Assembly (NCBI GenBank): GCA_964383425.1
Contig: CAYLGX010000003.1
Span: 1 to 35,454 of the forward strand
Direction of reading: 5' to 3'
Length of the DNA stretch: 35,454 nt
Source: Candidatus Woesearchaeota archaeon
GTDB lineage: Archaea; Nanobdellota; Nanobdellia; Pacearchaeales; GW2011-AR1
Under the pieces are notes generated by a model. It ran no database searches. It worked only from the letters and a program-made list of their open reading frames with translations, and had not been told where the DNA came from. The translations under genes were made by a program, and so were the position numbers. Below are positions 16,077 through 24,537 of the stretch, piece after piece. Numbering within the stretch: the stretch's first letter is position 1; each line of letters opens with the position of its first letter.

Positions 16077-17207
16077 CTAAAGTTTACGAGGCAATTCATA
16101 ACCTACTCTTGCATCTATTTTAAATCCACTATTGCCTATTTCTCCTGCAGCATTTGCTAGGTGCCATTTTTTTCCACATTTTTCCAAATATTTTGAATCT
16201 ATTTTAAATCTTACTTCAATTCCTTCGCAATTTTCTATTGGTCGATTACCTGTCTTTATTTGCAAGTCCCTTAGCCACATATTACTACTTTCTTCTCGAC
16301 TAATTCCATCCAGAGTATACATATATGCCTGTGCAAGTTGACCTGCAACAAGGATAGAATCTACTGATGAAAAATGAGCGGTGCAGACTTTATCTTTTTT
16401 AATTGACCAGTCTCCGCCAGCATAAGTTAAATCTACTTTAGCAGTTATTTCTTTTTCAGCTAGATTTATTTCAACATTATGAATATTATGCCGAGTATTT
16501 CTATATCCATTTGAAAAAAATCTTTTTGTCGGGTCTCCAAGTATATCTTCAATCTTATCAAAATAGACTACTTCTCCTTGCTTTTTGCCGCCATAAGTAG
16601 TACTGCTGGCATCAAGATCTAATGCGTTAACTATTCGATCTAATCTTTCTTGGACGCTTCCACCTATAATGACTGGATTAAATCCTAATTCTCTCCAAGC
16701 TCCAAGGAGTATTTCATCTGCCTTTTTTCTAAAATCTTCTGATACCGGCCTATGTCCGTCTTTAGGTAAGGCAAACTCTACAGGTAAATGAATAATATCA
16801 GTATAATTTTGTTTAGCATGTCGTTTTACTATTTCTCCGAATGTTTTCATTCCAAATTCATATTCTTTAGAAATTAATTCTGTTCCCTTGCCCATTGCAC
16901 CCTCTACTTGTCTTCCATATCCATATGCCCATTCATGAAGCGCAGAACCATCAGAGATAAAACCACTCATAACTGCTCGTTCGAGCGCAACTCTTTCCCC
17001 GTATCTAATTATTCCCAGTTGTAATAATTCACTTTCTCCGCATTCTTCTAGTTTTTTTCCAGGAAAGGTTTCCGGCAAGATATCTCTCATTCCCCTAGCT
17101 ACCGCTTTTGGAATACCCGTAACTCTTGCTAATTCATTTGTTATTGTGGATTTTCCAGTTCCGTAAGTTCCAGAAATTACAATTCTTTTATTTAAATTAC
17201 TAGCCAT
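16077..17207 (-). CDS. P-loop NTPase/kinase (AAA_28 / NadR-kinase-like) fused to a ~170-aa C-terminal domain of unknown family
   Basis: ATG at 17207. Walker A is ISGTYGTGKST. The N-terminal ~200 aa resemble AAA_28-type ATPases (..IPKAVARG.., FISDGSALHEWAYG, IIHLPVEF.LPKDGHRP, GGSVQERL). I do not recognise the C-terminal half (RFFSNGYRNTRH...HFSSVDSILVAGQLAQAYMY...). Confidence 0.65.
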   Translation of the reverse strand: MASNLNKRIVISGTYGTGKSTITNELARVTGIPKAVARGMRDILPETFPGKKLEECGESELLQLGIIRYGERVALERAVMSGFISDGSALHEWAYGYGRQVEGAMGKGTELISKEYEFGMKTFGEIVKRHAKQNYTDIIHLPVEFALPKDGHRPVSEDFRKKADEILLGAWRELGFNPVIIGGSVQERLDRIVNALDLDASSTTYGGKKQGEVVYFDKIEDILGDPTKRFFSNGYRNTRHNIHNVEINLAEKEITAKVDLTYAGGDWSIKKDKVCTAHFSSVDSILVAGQLAQAYMYTLDGISREESSNMWLRDLQIKTGNRPIENCEGIEVRFKIDSKYLEKCGKKWHLANAAGEIGNSGFKIDARVGYELPRKL

Positions 17208-17211
17208 GTTC

Positions 17212-17880
17212 TTATTTTTTTACCTCATTATTTTTTAAATAATTCATAGCACCTTCCCAGTTTTTTCTTCCTTCAACTAAGTTATCTAGGTAGGAGACTG
17301 TGATTAAATTTCTAACAGGTTCAAATGCATGGTCATGATGATTTGTAGAAGTAACTATTATAGTAGGTAATCCTTTTTCTTTTGCTTCTTCGGCTACAAT
17401 TATTCCGAGGGGTAAATTTCTTCCGGCCCGAATATCTTCTTCAATTGTTAAGAATTGATTATATCTCACAGAATCATTTATACCCGCTACTGCGTCGCGA
17501 GCTGCCCTAAGCACACTAGGTATAGTATTAAATTTAGGCATATAAATTTCAACATATTCCTTGGGTGTTATTCCAAACATTTCAGCACAAGCACATACTG
17601 CCCTTAAAACAACCTGGGATCCTTCTTGTTTACTAAATCTGCTTCTCTTAAAATCTTCATAAAGAGGTAAAATTCTTTTTGAAAAATCAGTAGTAGAAAC
17701 ATTTCCTGCTGGAAAAAATAAATCAGTTGCAACTCGGTCTGCTGAAGGCAAATATTTTAGGGCAGTTTCTAAATCAGTGGCCACTAGTAACTCTGTGTAT
17801 CCTGCTTTGGCTGCTTCGCCTTGTGCATAAATTGCTTCTTCAATTCTGTCTTCAACTATTAATAATTGGGCTTGTGCCAT
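17212..17880 (-). CDS. Stand-alone receiver (CheY-like)-related protein with a ~100-aa insertion
   Basis: ATG at 17880. Elements are LLIVEDRIEEA (beta1 acidic pair), ELLVATDLETALKYL, RVATDLFFP (a DxxxP phospho-acceptor-like strand) and, after about 100 aa, PTIIVTSTN (beta4-like). No output domain is present. The gene lies 4 nt upstream of the next gene's start. Confidence 0.5.
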   Translation of the reverse strand: MAQAQLLIVEDRIEEAIYAQGEAAKAGYTELLVATDLETALKYLPSADRVATDLFFPAGNVSTTDFSKRILPLYEDFKRSRFSKQEGSQVVLRAVCACAEMFGITPKEYVEIYMPKFNTIPSVLRAARDAVAGINDSVRYNQFLTIEEDIRAGRNLPLGIIVAEEAKEKGLPTIIVTSTNHHDHAFEPVRNLITVSYLDNLVEGRKNWEGAMNYLKNNEVKK

Positions 17881-17881
17881 T

Positions 17882-18526
17882 TTAATCTACCACCTTGGCT
17901 TCAAGGCCATTATTGTTTAGTATTTGAGCTACTTCGCTATGATCTGCTCTTCCAAAATCTTGTGAAGAACCGTAAATTTCAAGTGTAGGTTTTCCGAACA
18001 TACTTTTATTTACTTTGAATCTTCCTCCGCTGATATTGCTAAGTTTGTTTCCAGTAATTCTTTCTACTTCTGCCACCATATCTCTGTGCATTCCAAAACC
18101 GTATATGGCTGCAACTACTTTTTTACCTTGATCACTTGTGGCAGTGATATATTTTAGACTAGGAGTTATCTTGGCTCCAAAAAATCTATCAAAACCATGA
18201 TTCCATTCAGCTTCCTTTTTAGTAGGTAATTCTAAAAGTAAATCTACCTTTTCTCCTTTTGAAAACTGACAATATTTATCTTCGAAAGTATATTTTGCGC
18301 AAGGCAGCGTTGCTGCACGCGCTCTCATTTCTTTTTCAACATCATATCGATAGTTAGGTAAAACTTCCCTTAGCTTATCTGCGAAAGTATATCCTCCGTA
18401 GATCGAATCAAAAACTTCTTGATAGATTGCTTTTGCTAAAAGTTTTGATTGCTCTGCCAAGTTTAATCTAAATGTTTTATATTGTGGTGTTTCCATTTTG
18501 TTTTCTCCATGAGTATTTTTACTCAT
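17882..18526 (-). CDS. Hypothetical protein (214 aa), first gene of the three-gene operon
   Basis: ATG at 18526, with an alternative ATG at 18496 (METPQYK). The gap to the next gene is 1 nt. No TM segment or signal is seen, and I recognise no family. Confidence 0.6.
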   Translation of the reverse strand: MSKNTHGENKMETPQYKTFRLNLAEQSKLLAKAIYQEVFDSIYGGYTFADKLREVLPNYRYDVEKEMRARAATLPCAKYTFEDKYCQFSKGEKVDLLLELPTKKEAEWNHGFDRFFGAKITPSLKYITATSDQGKKVVAAIYGFGMHRDMVAEVERITGNKLSNISGGRFKVNKSMFGKPTLEIYGSSQDFGRADHSEVAQILNNNGLEAKVVD

Positions 18527-18563
18527 AGTTTATTTATGGAAAAAAGAATTATAATTATTATCC

Positions 18564-18577
18564 CCCCTAATGAGGGG
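18564..18577 (-). other. Small GC hairpin in the spacer between the 105-aa gene and the three-gene operon
   Basis: cccct-aatg-agggg forms a 5-bp G/C stem with a 4-nt loop. It is the only G/C-rich element in a 120-nt AT-rich spacer. On the minus strand a T6 run follows at 18539-18546. Confidence 0.2.
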
Positions 18578-18646
18578 TTTAAAATAAAACTAAAAATAGA
18601 TTGGATTTATTTAAAAAAATTAATAATTATTATAGAATATAGTTTA

Positions 18647-18964
18647 CTATTCTGCTTGTATAATTAACATTTCAACTTCTTTTTTATCTGTTGCCAAAAG
18701 CTCTTCTAATTTTAAGGTTACGGTTCTCTTATTTGAAATAGAAAGAGTAAGATACTCCTGCTTTGGCTTCACAGATAATGCCATAGCATTATGAGACTCA
18801 CTAACTGCGTCTAGATATTTAGTAACTAATGGCCCTAGGCTATCAGACATATCATGATCTCCTCTGCTAATCGATGGTTCACCCAAGGTATAGAGTATGT
18901 ACTTTACACTAGACATCTCTTTCCCATTTATCCTTGATACTTTTGCTAATGTATAACTTTCCAT
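18647..18964 (-). CDS. Hypothetical protein (105 aa)
   Basis: ATG at 18964. It is on the same strand as, and has similar elevated G+C to, the downstream operon. No family recognised. Confidence 0.5.
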   Translation of the reverse strand: MESYTLAKVSRINGKEMSSVKYILYTLGEPSISRGDHDMSDSLGPLVTKYLDAVSESHNAMALSVKPKQEYLTLSISNKRTVTLKLEELLATDKKEVEMLIIQAE

Positions 18965-19001
18965 AAAATAAATTACTAGCGGAAGTTTATAAGTTTTTAT
19001 A

Positions 19002-19538
19002 TTAAGAAGTAAGAGTCTTGTTTTCGTAACTTATTTCAATAGGTTCACCGTTTTCGATAAGCTGAACAATTCTTGCAGCCCCATCACCAGCTAATTTTAC
19101 TTTAACTTCCATGCCCCTTGTTTGAAATGTGGCGCCTCTTTCAAAAAAATACTGCTCAACACCATATTCGACTTGCATGTTATTTCCGTAAATTGATTTG
19201 ATAGTACCTCTAATGAATAAATTATCGCTTGTGGGTCTTTCTAATGAAGCGCTTTGATATCTAGCAGTACCGTTCACATCTTCTTTTAATGAAACATAAA
19301 CATTATTTCCTACTTCTGCGCCGGGGATTGAATTCATTGAACCTATTTCATACCTAATTACTACATATTGCCCACGAAATAAATCAAATGGATCTACTGG
19401 CTGTGTTGCTAAAACTGCGGTTTTTGTACTCAGTAATGGATAAGAAACATATAACAAGAAGCTACCTATAATTGCTACGAAGACTAAAATGATTAATCCT
19501 AGTTTAAGTAGTTCTTTATTTTTTGATTTAGAGTCCAT
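19002..19538 (-). CDS. GDYXXLXY-domain membrane-anchored protein
   Basis: The motif is PVDPFDLFRGQYVVIRYEI, after an N-terminal TM LGLIILVFVAIIGSFLLYV. The ATG at 19538 lies 1 nt after the upstream stop (19540-19542). The track start at 19586 would overlap the upstream gene by 47 nt. Confidence 0.7.
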   Translation of the reverse strand: MDSKSKNKELLKLGLIILVFVAIIGSFLLYVSYPLLSTKTAVLATQPVDPFDLFRGQYVVIRYEIGSMNSIPGAEVGNNVYVSLKEDVNGTARYQSASLERPTSDNLFIRGTIKSIYGNNMQVEYGVEQYFFERGATFQTRGMEVKVKLAGDGAARIVQLIENGEPIEISYENKTLTS

Positions 19539-19539
19539 T

Positions 19540-20712
19540 TTAATAGATAGTATAACCTTGTTGTGCTTTTGCTTGAGTTTTTTCAATTAATCTTTTTCTC
19601 CACTTATCAATACCAAATCCGCCTGCGATTAAGATTATTCCCCCAATTATAGACATAACTGCGAAACCCATTTGTCCTCCAAAGTCCATAATAAACCCAA
19701 TATAACGAGTAATAATATCTAGAGCAAAAAACATAATTGCCAAATTAACAACCTTAACTGATTTGTATCTTGTTCCGTAACCTATGACTGATAAAATAAC
19801 TAAAATAAATAAAAGATTATCAAAAAGCCACATAGCCCAAAGCCCGCCACTAAGTGTACTGTTATAAAATCTATCACCTGAAATGAGGCTGGCTAAACTA
19901 ATTAACATAATATACAGAAAGACTAGTCCCACAAAACCTATAACTTCTTTTCCTGAGAGTTTATTTTTATTAACAGACATAGATATTCCAATGATTGCTA
20001 AAAATATTGCTACAATAGACATCACAATTAGAAAAACCAAAACATTAGCAGTTAGTTGAAAACCACTTGGCCACAGGATTGGAAGAAGACTTTGAAAACT
20101 TAAAATATAAGTTAAAAGAAGAACGTAAAAAGCAGTCCAGTATCTATAAACGCTAGCGAATTTATGATCAGTTGATTTATGTAATTGAGTTAGACCATAT
20201 AATGCAATTGCAACCACTAGATAGATTAGAGTTAAAATGCCTACTGAAAAATCTCCCCTGAATAATTCTACAAATGAAAAGTATTGTAAACTAATCCAGA
20301 TTAAAAATTCACCTAGTGCAATAACTAAACTTGCAGAAGAATCAAAGATATAAGCTGCTAAGAATACGCCGATCCAAGCTAAAAGCAATAAGATAGCATT
20401 ACCTTGTATAGAGGTGGATAAATTAAATATTTGAGCAATTAAAAATATACTTAATGTGTATAGTAAAGCTCCAAGAACTAAAAGTGAGTCTCCTATTTTT
20501 TCATAATCATTTATTCTAAGTAAAACTCCTGCAGAATAAGCTCCAATTGTAGCTAATAGTAAAATTAAAACCTTTAGAGCTGAAGGAATACTTGCCCAGT
20601 TTAGTGCAATTAACCATGCAATCCCTAACGCAATTAAAATAGAACCAATCGTAGCTATAATTCCTCCAAAAGAAACACTCTGCTTCAAATCTACTTCTTC
20701 ACCTTGAGCCAT
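19540..20712 (-). CDS. Polytopic membrane protein, DUF2157-like partner of the GDYXXLXY protein
   Basis: ATG at 20712. The 390-aa protein has about 10-12 hydrophobic segments and is directly coupled to the GDYXXLXY gene. The family call rests on the known DUF2157-GDYXXLXY gene pairing. Confidence 0.6.
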   Translation of the reverse strand: MAQGEEVDLKQSVSFGGIIATIGSILIALGIAWLIALNWASIPSALKVLILLLATIGAYSAGVLLRINDYEKIGDSLLVLGALLYTLSIFLIAQIFNLSTSIQGNAILLLLAWIGVFLAAYIFDSSASLVIALGEFLIWISLQYFSFVELFRGDFSVGILTLIYLVVAIALYGLTQLHKSTDHKFASVYRYWTAFYVLLLTYILSFQSLLPILWPSGFQLTANVLVFLIVMSIVAIFLAIIGISMSVNKNKLSGKEVIGFVGLVFLYIMLISLASLISGDRFYNSTLSGGLWAMWLFDNLLFILVILSVIGYGTRYKSVKVVNLAIMFFALDIITRYIGFIMDFGGQMGFAVMSIIGGIILIAGGFGIDKWRKRLIEKTQAKAQQGYTIY

Positions 20713-20822
20713 TATTAAAAAAGTAAAAGTTTACTTATTTATATACTTATTGCCAGAATAGATTGCTAGTATCAAATTAAAAGAGAGTGATATCTAGCCT
20801 CAAAATATAAAAAGCCAGGGCG

Positions 20823-20833
20823 TTTATTTAAAA
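20823..20833 (+). promoter_or_regulatory. TATA-like box upstream of hjc
   Basis: tttatttaaaa lies 17-27 nt upstream of the ATG at 20850. Confidence 0.3.
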
Positions 20834-20849
20834 CTACAAGAGGGGAAAA

Positions 20850-21293
20850 ATGCCAGGAAATAAAGCAAAAGGAAGTAAAGCTGAAAGAGAGCTGTATGAT
20901 TTATTTGTTCAAAATAACTTTCGTGCTGTGCGAGTAGCTGGAAGCGGTATGATGGAGAATACTGCCTGCGATCTAATTGCTGGAAAGGCAAGTACAGATG
21001 GAAAGCAAAAGTATGCAATTGAAGCGAAATCCTCTAAGGCCCCTGTAAAATATATTACTAAAGAACAAATAGAACAGTTTGTTGTTTTTAGTGAAATTTT
21101 TGGATTAACTCCAGTGGTTGCATTAAGATTTAATCGAGAAGGATGGCTATTTGTTAATCCTAGTCAACTTAGAGATTCGGGTAAAAACTGGGCAATAAAA
21201 CTAGATGAAGCAAAGATTATTGGAAAGAAATTTGGACAATTTTTTTGTAATTCTTCTTCATGTGGAGATACATCCCAAAACCACAATAATTAA
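20850..21293 (+). CDS. hjc: Archaeal Holliday junction resolvase Hjc
   Basis: KGSKAERELYDLFVQNNFRAVRVAGSG...DLIAG...YAIEAKSS...FGLTPVVALRF..EGW follows the Hjc pattern of Pyrococcus/Sulfolobus. It carries an extra ~25-aa Cys/Ser-rich C-terminal tail. Confidence 0.85.
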   Translation: MPGNKAKGSKAERELYDLFVQNNFRAVRVAGSGMMENTACDLIAGKASTDGKQKYAIEAKSSKAPVKYITKEQIEQFVVFSEIFGLTPVVALRFNREGWLFVNPSQLRDSGKNWAIKLDEAKIIGKKFGQFFCNSSSCGDTSQNHNN

Positions 21294-21317
21294 AAATCTG
21301 GTTCATGTATACTTTTC

Positions 21318-22544
21318 ATGAAAATGTTTATAGGTTTAATTATTTTAGCTCTAAGTTTTACTTTTGCAAGCGCAGATATTTTTATTAATGAAGTTGAACT
21401 TAATCCAGAAGGCACTGACAGTGCAAATGAATGGCTGGAGTTATATAGTGATTCTTTTGTAAATCTTACTAACTGGGTTATAAGTAGCAGCAATGGTAGA
21501 AATATGACATTTAATGCTTCATTTAGCGGATTTTATATTATTAATACTTCGACTAATCTTTTAACCAATACAGACAACAATCTCCTACTCAAAAATAGTA
21601 GCTCTGGTATAATTTTTTCTTCTATAAATTTAACTGATTCATTAGATGATGCTCGTACATGGCAATATTGTAGCGGTAGCTGGAACTTTTCAATTTCTAC
21701 TCCTGGCGCAGCAAATAACTGCACAATTACCAGCAATAATACTAACTCCACTACAAATTCAACAAATAATACTTGTACTGGAAGTTATACTTGCACTTCT
21801 TGGACTTCGTGCTCTAGTAGTCTACAAACAAGGGCCTGTACCAATACTAGCACCAGCTGCGTGATTAGTACCCGAACTGAAAGCCAAAGCTGCACTAGTT
21901 CTTCAGATATTAGTCTTGATTTTAGTTGGAATGAAGAAGAGATAATAAATAATCGTGTGTTTAATATTACTCTTGAAGCAAATAATTTGGAAGATATGAA
22001 ATATGATATAAAAGTATGGCTTGAATCCGATGAAACCGATCTTGATTTAAAATCAGAGACATATGATGAAGATTTAGAAACCTGGAAGTCATCTAATTAT
22101 TTTATTGAAAAATTCTTTAAAGGGGACGGAGATAAAACAAAAGAAATCCAGATCAGGATAAAATCCAGTTATACTGATTATGCTGGGGAAGCAACAATCT
22201 ACTTTAGGCTAAGGGAGAGTGATTCAGAAAAGACTATAACTACTATTGATGACTCTATTGAAATTATTGTTTCCGAAGAGGAAGAGATACAAGATAGCGT
22301 AGAGACTAACTCAATACCAACTGCTTATGCAATATCTAATTCTGATTCAACAAGTGAAAATAAACTAACTACTACTTCCCTAATTAAGAAAACTGCTAAA
22401 ACAGAAGATATAAAAATGCCAGAAAATTCAATTTATTTGTCTAGAACAGAACAAATAAAGAGATATGCGCCTTATGCCTTTTGCATACTATGCATTTTTT
22501 TATTAGCTTTGATTATAATAGACTCAAAAAAACATAAAAACTAA
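21318..22544 (+). CDS. Secreted lamin-tail-domain (LTD) protein with a Cys-rich motif, an acidic region and a C-terminal TM anchor
   Basis: A signal peptide MKMFIGLIILALSFTFASA is followed by the LTD signature IFINEVELNPEGTDSANEWLELY. The Cys motif is CTGSYTCTSWTSCSSSLQTRACTNTSTSC. The C-terminal TM is FCILCIFLLALIIID. Confidence 0.75.
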   Translation: MKMFIGLIILALSFTFASADIFINEVELNPEGTDSANEWLELYSDSFVNLTNWVISSSNGRNMTFNASFSGFYIINTSTNLLTNTDNNLLLKNSSSGIIFSSINLTDSLDDARTWQYCSGSWNFSISTPGAANNCTITSNNTNSTTNSTNNTCTGSYTCTSWTSCSSSLQTRACTNTSTSCVISTRTESQSCTSSSDISLDFSWNEEEIINNRVFNITLEANNLEDMKYDIKVWLESDETDLDLKSETYDEDLETWKSSNYFIEKFFKGDGDKTKEIQIRIKSSYTDYAGEATIYFRLRESDSEKTITTIDDSIEIIVSEEEEIQDSVETNSIPTAYAISNSDSTSENKLTTTSLIKKTAKTEDIKMPENSIYLSRTEQIKRYAPYAFCILCIFLLALIIIDSKKHKN

Positions 22545-22545
22545 A

Positions 22546-23118
22546 ATGGGATTTTTTAATGACGGAAAAGTGAAAGCAAACCTCGTATTTGAGATGATGG
22601 GTAGACCTAAGGAGCATTTAGAATCAACCATGACTGATTTTCTTAAACAACTAGATAATGAAGCTGGTATAAAGGTAACGAACAAAACTGCTCATCCTGC
22701 TAAACTTATGGAACCTAAAAAAGATGAAAAAACTGGTGAAATGCAAGTAACACAGGAACTGTATACTACTTTTGCTGAAATAGAAGTTAGTGCTGAAAAA
22801 CTAACTGATATTGCTCTAATTGTGTTCAAATATTTACCTTCTCACCTAGAAATAATTTCACCTGAAAGCTTCAGTATGGATAATTCCGAATTCAATATTT
22901 TATTTAATGAGATTGTCGCGCGATTGCATAATTATGACTCCATAGCTAAAACTGCTTTGATGCATAATCAAATGTTAGCTAAAAAGTTCCTTGAATTAAA
23001 AGAGGGTAAGACTCAAATGGATATCACTGAAGAAAAGAAAGAACATCCTAGGGTAGAAGATAAAAAAACACAAGAAAAATCTACTGAAAAAAAGAATAAG
23101 AAATCTAAGAAGAAATAA
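22546..23118 (+). CDS. Hypothetical cytoplasmic protein (190 aa) with a Lys-rich tail
   Basis: The ATG at 22546 lies 1 nt after the LTD gene stop. No TM segment is seen. The C-terminus is EKSTEKKNKKSKKK. No family recognised. Confidence 0.55.
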   Translation: MGFFNDGKVKANLVFEMMGRPKEHLESTMTDFLKQLDNEAGIKVTNKTAHPAKLMEPKKDEKTGEMQVTQELYTTFAEIEVSAEKLTDIALIVFKYLPSHLEIISPESFSMDNSEFNILFNEIVARLHNYDSIAKTALMHNQMLAKKFLELKEGKTQMDITEEKKEHPRVEDKKTQEKSTEKKNKKSKKK

Positions 23119-23156
23119 TAATTTATAATTTTAAGCTATAATTAAAAAATACTTAA

Positions 23157-24443
23157 TTAATTTTTAGTCAATCCTGTTCGAACTTCTTTAGGTTCGGATT
23201 CAATTCTTTTCTTGTAATCTTCGCTTCTTTTAGAAATTATGCCCTTTGTTAGTTCCTTAAAATTCTGACCTTCCTTAGACTTATTGTATAAAAACCAGCC
23301 ACCCACTCCGAGGATTATAAGTATTAGTACAATCCATACCCATTTGCCAGAAGAACTGCTGCTTTGACAGGTGCCTAGGCAGCAATATCTATTAGAAGAA
23401 TCCATCTGTGAAAGGGCTGAACAAGATTCTCCAACTAAACAGGTTTTTCCGTTCATTTCAGCGCATGTTTTAACTACAATTGGAGGAGTAGTAGAATTTA
23501 CCTCTAAAGGATTTTTTGTGATTTTAATGTTCACTGGAACAATTACTGAATTTTTTCCCATGCTTATATTGATAAAACTACTCTCGGCTTTTTTCCCGAT
23601 AATCTTTACCTGAGTAACATAATTACTAAGCATTTCTACAAGAATGTTTGGGCTTGAAGAAGAAACCACTACATTTCTAATAGATGAACTTCTATTTTGA
23701 ATATTAATTTCATATAACTGCACTTCATCTACTTGCAATGTCACATTTAATTCAGTTAAACTTAAATCAAACGTATCTGCTAAATCCGGATCGTCAAGAG
23801 TAGTATTGGTTTGGTTTACTGGTGCAATTTTTTGAGTAATAATTATGGCCGGAATAGAATACGCCCCTATTTTTATTTTGCTCTCAGTGATGTTAGTTAT
23901 ATTTGCTATTGAGATATAAAATGTTTTAAGGCCATCTTTACCTTGAACTATGGACTTAGTTTGCACAAAACCTGCTTCTGGAAATTCTACGGTAACATCT
24001 TGATTTCCGCTATAAGCAATAACGTCTATTGAAAAATCCTTTGAAGTATAGATAAATCCCGGACTGTAACTTAGATAAGAGTTATTTGATTCCACTACAC
24101 TAAAACTTGCTTCAACAGTATCGCTAGATTCATGAGTCCCAACATAATGCTTCGTATTTTCTATCCTTAATAAATAATTCCCAGTAGATTCGGGAGCAAT
24201 AGCATAAACGTAATATTTATCGTTATATTTTACAAAATAAACCATATCTCCGGTAGGATGAACTGATCCTACTTGGTAAATATTAATATTTTCTTGAACC
24301 AAATTCTCAATGAATCCCCCAGTAATTTCTGCTTGCAAAGTTTCCATAGAGTTATAGCTATTTTTTTCTAAATTAATATCTATTGTAGCCGAGATAAAAC
24401 TAAGTGATAAAATTAAAACTATCAATATACCTGCTTTTTTCAT
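23157..24443 (-). CDS. Secreted surface protein (428 aa) with a juxtamembrane Cys module and a C-terminal TM anchor
   Basis: ATG at 24443. Signal peptide MKKAGILIVLILSLSFISA. The Cys module CAEMNGKTCLVGESCSALSQMDSSNRYCCLGTC maps to about 23343-23465. It is followed by TM WVWIVLILIILGVGGWFL and a basic tail. Confidence 0.75.
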   Translation of the reverse strand: MKKAGILIVLILSLSFISATIDINLEKNSYNSMETLQAEITGGFIENLVQENINIYQVGSVHPTGDMVYFVKYNDKYYVYAIAPESTGNYLLRIENTKHYVGTHESSDTVEASFSVVESNNSYLSYSPGFIYTSKDFSIDVIAYSGNQDVTVEFPEAGFVQTKSIVQGKDGLKTFYISIANITNITESKIKIGAYSIPAIIITQKIAPVNQTNTTLDDPDLADTFDLSLTELNVTLQVDEVQLYEINIQNRSSSIRNVVVSSSSPNILVEMLSNYVTQVKIIGKKAESSFINISMGKNSVIVPVNIKITKNPLEVNSTTPPIVVKTCAEMNGKTCLVGESCSALSQMDSSNRYCCLGTCQSSSSSGKWVWIVLILIILGVGGWFLYNKSKEGQNFKELTKGIISKRSEDYKKRIESEPKEVRTGLTKN

Positions 24444-24511
24444 AGATAGAAGAGAAAGATAGAGTTAATAAAGATTTTTATTGGTTACCAGCCCAATAAT
24501 GCCTCTACCTG

Positions 24512-24537
24512 AATAACCTGACTTTGTCAAGGTTATT
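24512..24537 (-). terminator. Intergenic stem-loop between the two surface-protein genes
   Basis: aataacct-gac-ttt-gtc-a-aggttatt forms 8 + 3 bp with a one-base bulge and a 3-nt loop. It lies 140 nt downstream of the 629-aa gene stop and 69 nt upstream of the 428-aa gene ATG. No immediate oligo-T follows on the minus strand. Confidence 0.3.
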
